NCBI GenBank assembly: GCA_963850515.1 | Contig: CAWKMH010000033.1 | Coordinates: forward strand, 3,665 to 67,664 | DNA length: 64,000 nucleotides | Source of the DNA: an uncultured beta proteobacterium | Lineage (GTDB): Bacteria > Pseudomonadota > Gammaproteobacteria > Burkholderiales > Nitrosomonadaceae | Reading direction: 5' to 3' | Part shown: positions 56,590-64,000 of the stretch, in pieces | How the letters are laid out: the number at the start of each line of letters is the position of its first letter | How positions within the stretch are numbered: position 1 is the first letter of the stretch | Translations under genes and position numbers: made by a program | The notes under the pieces: model-generated | What the model saw: only the letters and a program-made list of their open reading frames with translations | Database searches by the model: none | Told to the model about the DNA's origin: nothing

Positions 56590-57379
56590 CTATTCATCTG
56601 TAATAAGTTCAGCTTGTATAGATGGGCTCTGCGGGATTCCATTCTCCTTCGTTTCGGCGAAAAGCGCTTCAGCCCGTGCCAGATCCGCGGCGAAATCAAT
56701 TTCACACCAAACGATGCCCGGATACGGAACAAGCATTGACCACTTGTTTATCAGCCAGCCCGTCAATGATGTTTAGATACCAGAATTTAAGCGCTGCTTG
56801 ATGCCGAAGTGCATTCTCGACTGCGCTGCGGAACAATTGCGGTCCGCGATCCCGGAAAAAAATAAGACCGATAGACTCGGCATCGGTTTGAGCCGCGGAT
56901 AAAGTTTTGCTTACGTGCTTGACCCATCCTTTTTCATCCAGCTGGACTTTCATGTCGTCCGTATCATAAGTGGACTTGTAATCTACCCCCAGGGTAATAG
57001 GGGCGGGATCCGAGTTCAGCATCTTCGCCAGCACAGCCGCGTCAAAAACGGTATCCCCGTTCAGAAGCAGAAAATCGCTATCCATTACAGAACGCGCAAT
57101 CCAGCAACTAGCCAGGTTATCGGCAACCTCAAAGAACGGATTAAAAATCGTACTGATCTGAGCGTGATTTGCATAACGCTGTTGCAATCGAGCTTCAACC
57201 AGGCTGGACTGAAAACCGGTCACGACAGTGATTTCGTCTATGCCTGCTGCCAGCAAGGTATCGATCTGCCGCTCAATGATTGGTTTGCCCGAAACCGGCA
57301 AAAGACACTTTGGCATGTTTTCAGTTAGCGACAGCAGCCGCCGTCCCTGGCCAGCGCCGAGAATAACCGTTTTAGGCAT
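56590..57379 (-). CDS. LicC-like cytidylyltransferase (CpgD-like; frameshift near 3' end)
   Basis: ILGAGQGRRL..LT..PKCL, FNPFFEVADNLASCW, LNGDT, YDTDDMKV, AESIG, WYL and WCEIDF. Confidence 0.8.
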
Positions 57380-57679
57380 TTTTTCTTTACTGCCCATCAT
57401 ATCCGCTGGTTTTGGAAATGCTTCAAAAATGTCGTTAAAGTTTGACGCTTCTAAGTCATTATCGCCATTCATCCACTCAAATTCAGAGGGAGGGGAACCG
57501 AGTCGGCTTCGCAGGCTGCTGAGTGCGCTAGAGTGGATATTGCGATAGGAACCTCAAGTACGCCTTGGGAACTGTCCATATTGTACTCGTCCCGTTAAGC
57601 TTAGGGAGTATCTCGATAAGCTTCTTCGCGGAATTCGCATTGGGGGCTGCCGCCCTCTCGTGAGGATCTTTCGTATTAT

Positions 57680-57755
57680 GCTGAATCAGGCAGTTGGCCC
57701 CCCGTAGCGAACTTACAAAGAAGGTGAAGCTCACGGAGTAGGAAAAATCTTTTCG
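57680..57755. mobile_element. Degenerate remnant of the IS1380-like MITE family
   Basis: GCTGAATCAGGCAGTTGG, CCCCGTAGCGA...AAGGTGAAGCTCACG...GAAAAATCTTTTC resemble 33912-34095. Confidence 0.5.
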
Positions 57756-57772
57756 GTCGGTCAGTCAGGATA

Positions 57773-58414
57773 TCAGGTGAGCAACGGGCTCAGATCAGGC
57801 AATATGTCCACGTGCGCAGGAAAGGGGTTTTTATCCCCGGGCCGCACGCGGCCCAGGAATGCGACATTGTTAAGCTGTGCGCTTTGATAGTCGATCAACG
57901 CGTCGCCTATCATCAGCACACGCTCAGGCAAGAGCGTGTGATTCGATAAAATATCCGCGATCAGCTTCTGTTTTGGCGTGGGGGAGCCGCACACAGCGGT
58001 AAAATAGGAGGCCAGGCCACGGCGAACGACAATTGTTTTAAGTTCCGCTTCCGGTGTGCCGGAAGCGACAAATAAAGGAATGCGTGTCGCTTCTTTACGG
58101 ATCAGCTCCGTTGCACCAGGTACCGCGTCACTGGCAATCACGGCCTCAACGACCAATTCGGAAAAACGACGATCCAACTCCTGTTCTTCATCCGGAGTCA
58201 GCGGGGGTTTTTCTAAAAGATGCTCCTGAAAATAACGAAATTTGTGATAGCGCGACATGCCTCCGTGCAAGCTGTGATACTGCATCACCGCAGCCATCAC
58301 TGTTTCCCCATAGCTTCGATAGAGATCGCCGAAAGCTTGTGTCTTGATTTCCCCAGATTCGACCACCACGCCATCGAAATCGAAAATGATGGCTTGCCAC
58401 GCCGTTGTGTTCAT
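57773..58414 (-). CDS. HAD-family phosphatase
   Basis: FDFDGVV, VASGTP, PK and MIGDA..D. Confidence 0.88.
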   Translation of the reverse strand: MNTTAWQAIIFDFDGVVVESGEIKTQAFGDLYRSYGETVMAAVMQYHSLHGGMSRYHKFRYFQEHLLEKPPLTPDEEQELDRRFSELVVEAVIASDAVPGATELIRKEATRIPLFVASGTPEAELKTIVVRRGLASYFTAVCGSPTPKQKLIADILSNHTLLPERVLMIGDALIDYQSAQLNNVAFLGRVRPGDKNPFPAHVDILPDLSPLLT

Positions 58415-59342
58415 GCTTTATTGTCGGACGCCAAGGGCGTCGCCTCGTCATCTTCACCTGAGTGGTGCATGGTCCTGTGGATATCCCGCAGACAATCCAG
58501 TAAACCCTGACCCAGATCGACATGTTCGTTAAGTACCAATTTGCGGCCAATACGGGGTTGAAATGCATAAGGAGTAACCTCATAATGGTGCCCCGCATCG
58601 CGCCTCGTCGAAATGTAATTCGATTTTCCACGGCATGATTTCCGAAATCATGGTCATGACATCCTTGATGCGTAACCGCTCCTGTCCGGTCAAGATCAAA
58701 TGGCGATTGGCAAACTCTGGCGCCAGCACCTGAACACTCATGCGCGCCGCATCCTCGACATGGATGTATTCGCGGATCGCCTCACCGCTACCATGGTACG
58801 TTATCGAATGACGTGTCCACCGCTTCGTGCAGCATACGGTAGATACCATTACGTGCGTCAGCACGCCTGCCGTACAATGATCCATAGCGTAAAATACTAT
58901 AGTCCAGCCCGTAGCGCTCATGATAAGTCTCGATGAAGCGTTCTGCCGCCTGCTTGCTGGCACGATAAAAAGAACCGGACTCGGAATAGACATAAATAGT
59001 GCTGGCAAAAACAAATCGGCGCGCTCCAGCAAGACGCGCTGCTTCCAGTGCGTGCATATTACCTAATACATTAATTGTAGCGGTCGCCAGGGGCTTATCG
59101 TGGGCTTCATCAATATCCGCAATGGCAGCAAAATTATAAACAACATGAGCGCCCTTAGCCGCTTCCGTCACTTGATCCAGATTCATGATGTCACCGATGA
59201 TCATCTCCTGATCGGGACGCTGATAAGGCGATGGGCGGCGATCAAACAAGCGCACACGATAGCCGGCGTCAGACAATGCATCGGCCACATGGCTTCCAAG
59301 GAAGCCGCTGGCGCCATACACAATCGCAATTTCGTTAGGCAT
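58411..59342 (-). CDS. NAD-dependent epimerase/dehydratase (frameshifted)
   Basis: GASGFLG, YRASK, LRYGSLYG and REYIHVEDAA. Confidence 0.85.
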
Positions 59343-60290
59343 TTCCGTGTTGCCTGTCTTTCATTACATCCGCTTTAATCAGACCCTGAAGCAGATTCTC
59401 CGCGGCTTCCACCTCCATGCGCTGACGTGCTTCCTTGGCGTGGGAGCCAATATGTGAGGTAAGAATTGCCGTTTCACATTTTAGCAGCGGACCGTGATAC
59501 GGTTCCTGCTCGAAAACATCGAGTGCGGCCGCAGCCAGGTGACCAGAAATCAAGGCCTCCGCAAGGTCGGTTTCATCGATAAGGCCGCCGCGGGCCGTAT
59601 TTATCACTACCGCACCTGGTTTCATGCGAGCGAAAGCCGCCTTATCCAGCAAGTGGTGCGTGTCGGCGCCATAAGGCAAGTGCAGGCTGATGATATCCGC
59701 TTCCGCCAGAAGATCTTCCAATGGTACCAATCGTACTCCTTGCGGCGACTGGTCCACATATGAATCATGCGCCACAATCTCGGCCTCAAAAGCCTGGCAC
59801 AGACGCGCGACACGCCGCGCCGACGCGGCCCAGTCCGATGATGCCTACCCGCTGGGCAGCGAGCAGACGTCCCTGCGTTCGCGGCCATTTGCCCGCACGG
59901 AGCAATCGATCAGTCTGGCATATCTGCCTCAAGGCGGCCAGTATCAGACCCATGGTGAGTTCAGCAACTGCCTGCGCCGGGGCCTCTGGCGTATTAAGAA
60001 CAGTGATACCGTGACGTTTTGCTGCGGCAAGATCGACACTATCCAGCGCCGCTTCCGCAGCGAGACACTACTTTCAGGCTTTTGGCGGAGGCAAAAACGC
60101 GTTCTGTCAGGGGTTCTATGCCTGCGATCATCCCGACGGTATCCGTACCCAGCAATGCGATGGTTTCGTCTTCCGTAAGTTTGCGCCCATGGCTGTTTCT
60201 GGTGATATGCATGCCCTCTTTCAGCAAATGCTGAAGAGGGGGATTGTTGTCCACATCAAACGATGAAGTGGAGATGACGAGTTTATTCAT
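59335..60290 (-). CDS. D-2-hydroxyacid (phosphoglycerate-like) dehydrogenase (frameshifted)
   Basis: SRCG.G, NTP, AVAEL, ISLHLP, INTARGG, ALDVFEQEP and TSHIGS. Confidence 0.85.
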
Positions 60291-61048
60291 AGAGCTTCCC
60301 TTATATTCTGCATATGACTGCGGCAAACGGTGTCCAGGATACGAATATCCAGACCATAACCAAGAAAATTGAAGCCGGCCTCGATATATGCGCCGTAACT
60401 GGTCCGGATCCGGCTCAACCACATGGATGCCTCCCGGTTTGCCTAGGCGGCGCCCAGCTTCATGTACCTGTTCTATCGCGGACTGAACTTCAGGATAATC
60501 CAGTTCGCCGGGACGCCCCATGGAACCGGACAGATCGTAAGGGCCAATGATATAGGCATCAATTCCGGGAACGGAAAGAATGGAATCGATGGCATTGACG
60601 CATCAATATGCTCTATCATGGCTACTATGACTGCATTATCCTCCAGCCAGCGCCGATATTGCTGAAATCGTGCGCCATAACCTTGCGCGCGGGCCAGACC
60701 CACTCCCCGCTGACCCCGAGGCGGATAATAGACAGCTTGTACCGCAGCTTCGGCATCCGCGGCGGTTTTGACCATGGGAACCATTACACCCGTTGCGCCG
60801 GCATCCATGACACGCTTGATCTGGTCAGGATGATTTGAAGTCAGCCGCACGATAGCTGGGCATCGTTGGCCGTCGAGCACCTGGATCAGCATCTGAACGT
60901 CGCTTAGTTCCAGGACGCTGTGCTCTGTATCCAGTACCAGCCAGTCAAAACCGGCCGCAGCCATGATCTCGGCGATCGCTGGATGCCCCAGGGTGATCCA
61001 TGAGCCAATGGTCAATGCATTTCGGGCCAGTTTCGATTTTAATTGCAT
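60287..61048 (-). CDS. HpcH/HpaI class II pyruvate aldolase (frameshifted)
   Basis: GFDWLVLDTEH, YYPPRGQRGVG, MIEH and GPYDLSGSMG. Confidence 0.88.
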
Positions 61049-61101
61049 AGCTATTCCTTGAGGAGAGTTGCAGAACAGGCCTGTGTTTGTGAGTATTTGA
61101 T

Positions 61102-61858
61102 TCAATATGAGGCCAGCAGTGGGTCGGCCTCCATCAATCTGGCGACACGCTCCAGATCGGCCTGAGTATCCACCGCCTGCGTGTTGAACTGGGTTCTCAC
61201 CATCTTCACCCGATAACCGTGCTCCAGCAACCGCAGCATGTCCACGGACTCCAGTTGCTCCAACGGAGTGGCGGCAACCGGGCGAAATCGAGCAATGTTT
61301 CACGCCGGAATGGAATAATGCATACCTGCTTATAGGCGAGTGCATGCGGAAAATCCGACTGGGATGAGGCCGGAGCGGTCGGTATCGGTTGTCGCGACAT
61401 ATAAAGAGCGTCACCCTGCTGATTCATCACCACTTTAATGGTGTTGAATCGTAGAAGTCAGCTTTGTTATCGATAGCGCGCACCAGATTAACGCAGCCCA
61501 GCTCGGGGATCGTGCCGAAATGGTTCTACCGCGGCATCGATCATTTCTGGGTGGGTCATCGGTTCGTCGCCTTGTACCATCACGATAAGTTCAGCATCAA
61601 TTCCGGCCACGGCCTCGGCAACCCGATCACTCGCGCGCTCATGGGTGTCAGCAGTCATTATTACGGCAGCGCCAAAATCCTCCGCGGCTCGCCGGATTTC
61701 CTCGTCGCAAGTTGCTATATAAGTAGCATCAAGGGATTGCTCAGGGCAACACGTTTGTAGACATGCTCCAGCATGGTACGCCCCAACAGTTTTGCAACCG
61801 GTTTTCCGGGAAAACGCGATGAACCCATGCGCGCCGGTATTACAGCAATTGTTTTCAT
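61102..61858 (-). CDS. kdsB: KdsB-like CMP-ulosonate cytidylyltransferase (frameshifted)
   Basis: [35 protein letters not shown] and QAVDT..DL. Confidence 0.82.
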
Positions 61859-62226
61859 TGGTAAATCATGTTAATTGATGTCTATCAGATAATAGGTGCA
61901 TTTCATTATTGGCTGTCGATTATCGGCCCTGTACATTAGTATCGGGAACGGATCGGCCTAGAATGGCTTTTTTGAAAGCTCGTTTTTATCGTGTCCATTC
62001 CTGTCGCCAGGAAAAATACCTTGCCGGAACTTGAACCTGAACCGGAATCAGCTTTCTATATTAACAGAAGTCTGTGGGAGTAAAAATACCGGCTGTGCTA
62101 GTAAACGAATATCGCCCCGTGTACAATTACGCGCATTTTTCGTCGCAAGAAACAAATCGGAATAATCAATGAAATGATGGATATACTGCTTTTTGCCATC
62201 AGCACGCAAAGAATGAAAACGCGAGT

Positions 62227-63551
62227 ATGAAGGCCCTTTTTTTTCTACGCCATTATAACGACATAGATCATATTACACCGGTAATTTCCAGATGGATCGA
62301 TTCTGGTCATACCTGTGACATTGTCCTGATAGGCAACTCGCGGTTTCGCAATGATTACCGCATTAAATTTCTGAAGGGAGCTCAATGGCGTGCGCATGGC
62401 CTATATTGCCGACGTGTTGCCGCCGATCGAATTTGTGCGGTGGTTTCTGCAAACACTGATACTCATCCGCAGCTTGCGCCGCCCCTTCCTGGCGCCGCTC
62501 ATGGCGGCACTGGCGGAGGTATATGATGCCAGGCGGCGCGCGCCGGTCTGGCACAGCACCGCGCAGCGCCTGCTGACCCGCAGCTTCGGCGGCACGCATG
62601 AAGGCGTCGTCGTATTTGACTGGATAGAAAGAAATTCCTCCATCTGCGTGGAATGGGTCGAGATAGTGCTATCGACGGCGCGCGCCATGGGTCTGGGCAC
62701 GGTATCGCTGCCGCATGGAGACAGCCCGCATGCCAGCCAGTTGATCCGGCGCCGTGAACTGCGCCTGGAACCCGACACCACATTTGCCAATGCGGGAATT
62801 TTCGATAAAGTTGTCGTACCGAACGAATTCTGCTCCGTGCGCTTTCGCCCTTTCATGGATAACCAGAAGCTTGCCGTCCTGGGTTCGCCGCGCTATTGCG
62901 ACGAATGGCTTGCCAAAGTGGCCAGAATTGATGCCGCCTTCGCCCCTGACCCGCTCCGATAGCCGGCTCAAAGTCGTCATGTTTTTCAGAAAGAGCAACT
63001 TTTCCACGTTCTGGGAAGAAGTAGGCGAAGTCGTGCGCATCGTGGCCGGCTTTCCCGGGCGTGGAGCTGATAATCAAGCCGCACACCCGCGGCGGATGGC
63101 AGCAATCCCTGACCAAGGACATGTCTCCCTGCGGCGCCTGCCTAACGTGAGCGTGGCGGGAGATATTCATTCCATTTACCTCATGAATTGGGCGGACGTA
63201 ATAATCGACCTGGCCACCTCGGTTGTATTTGAAGCGGTAAAGGGAAGAAGCCAGTACTGGCGGCCGACTACCTTCATGCCGGGCGTTCCGCACTGGCTGA
63301 ATACCATGCCTGAGGCAGAGCTGCGCTGCCGGGATGACGTATATAGACAAATTGAAAGGTTTCTTACCCACGGCTGCGACTCTTTTTATATAGAAGAGCA
63401 TCGCCAACGCTTCGTGAGGGAAATGATCGATGTTGGTGATCCCGACGTATTGTCCCGTTATGTTGCATTGCTGGAAGGGCAAGTACGGTCAAAAACCAGC
63501 CAGAACCGGGATCATCCGCATGATCGTGCCGCTAAACTCGCTTTCGCTTGA
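62227..63551 (+). CDS. Uncharacterised GT-B-like protein, paralogue B (frameshifted)
   Basis: MKALFFLRHYNDIDHITPVIS, SLPHGDSPHASQLIR, VLGSPRYCDEWL and ADVIIDLATSVVFEAVK, all shared with 46860-48155. Confidence 0.75.
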
Positions 63552-63593
63552 TTGGCCTCTGCCGGCCGACGTTCCAAGGGGATTACTGACCGT

Positions 63594-64000
63594 ATGTCGG
63601 CAAAGCCATCCATTGATGTGGTAATCCCGGTCTATAATGCGCAGGAGCTGACGCGGCATTGCATCGATTCTGTCGTTGCATGCCTCAGCGAATCGATCCG
63701 GCATATTTATATCCAGGATCATGCGTCCGATGTCGAGACGCGCATGATGCTCGATCAATTGCCGTATGAACAGGTCTACGTTCATCACGCACAGAAAAAT
63801 CAGGGCTTCGGTGTGTCGGTAAACGAGGCAGTCGGTCGCTCCGACGCGTCTTTCATATTGATACTCAACTCGGACACGACGTCAAGCGAGGATTTTCTGC
63901 CGACGCTGTGCGCAGCGATGGCGGCAGACCCGCAGCTAGCGGTCATTATTCCCGCGGCAACGACTATGCCAGAGACAATCTGGACCGGTATGTGCGCGCC
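63594..64000 (+). CDS. Family 2 glycosyltransferase (partial, runs off the window)
   Basis: MSAKPSIDVVIPVYNA, QDHASD, NQGFG..VN and LNSDT. Confidence 0.82.
   Translation, partial: MSAKPSIDVVIPVYNAQELTRHCIDSVVACLSESIRHIYIQDHASDVETRMMLDQLPYEQVYVHHAQKNQGFGVSVNEAVGRSDASFILILNSDTTSSEDFLPTLCAAMAADPQLAVIIPAATTMPETIWTGMCA

Overview
Chromosomal window of a betaproteobacterium, most likely a Nitrosospira-like ammonia oxidiser (Nitrosomonadaceae; inferred from gene order and protein style, not from a marker search). Many genes, including essential ones, are broken by single-base indels. This pattern fits an unpolished long-read assembly, so they are treated as intact CDS. 1-27 kb is housekeeping: suhB-family, redoxin, rsmE, argA, yggX, ppk1, CYTH-CHAD, the tkt-gap-pgk-pyk-fba operon, def-fmt-rsmB-DUF4390-ntrY-ntrX, dprA and topB. 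27-64 kb is a cell-envelope island. It holds a stand-alone ACP plus FabF and a near-complete homologue set of the Caulobacter-type anionic sphingolipid (ceramide-phosphoglycerate) pathway: bCerS-like GNAT, MobA-like NTP transferase, extra LptF/LptG, CpgA/B/C-like genes, and, about 16-20 kb away, HIT, a divergent phosphoglycerate mutase and a CpgD-like cytidylyltransferase. Between and beyond these halves lie a nonulosonate-9-phosphate (KDN-type) synthase/phosphatase module, a CMP-synthetase with an oxidoreductase pair, a second kdsB-aldolase ulosonate operon, duplicated uncharacterised GT-B proteins, a PLD-fold protein, an O-antigen ligase and a GT2-GtrA-GT39 fusion. The leading hypothesis (inference) is an undescribed ulosonate-decorated sphingolipid or envelope system. 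Also present: three copies of an IS1380-like MITE family, a second MITE, short tandem repeats, and a diverged inverted suhB duplication at the window start that is probably a chimeric junction.
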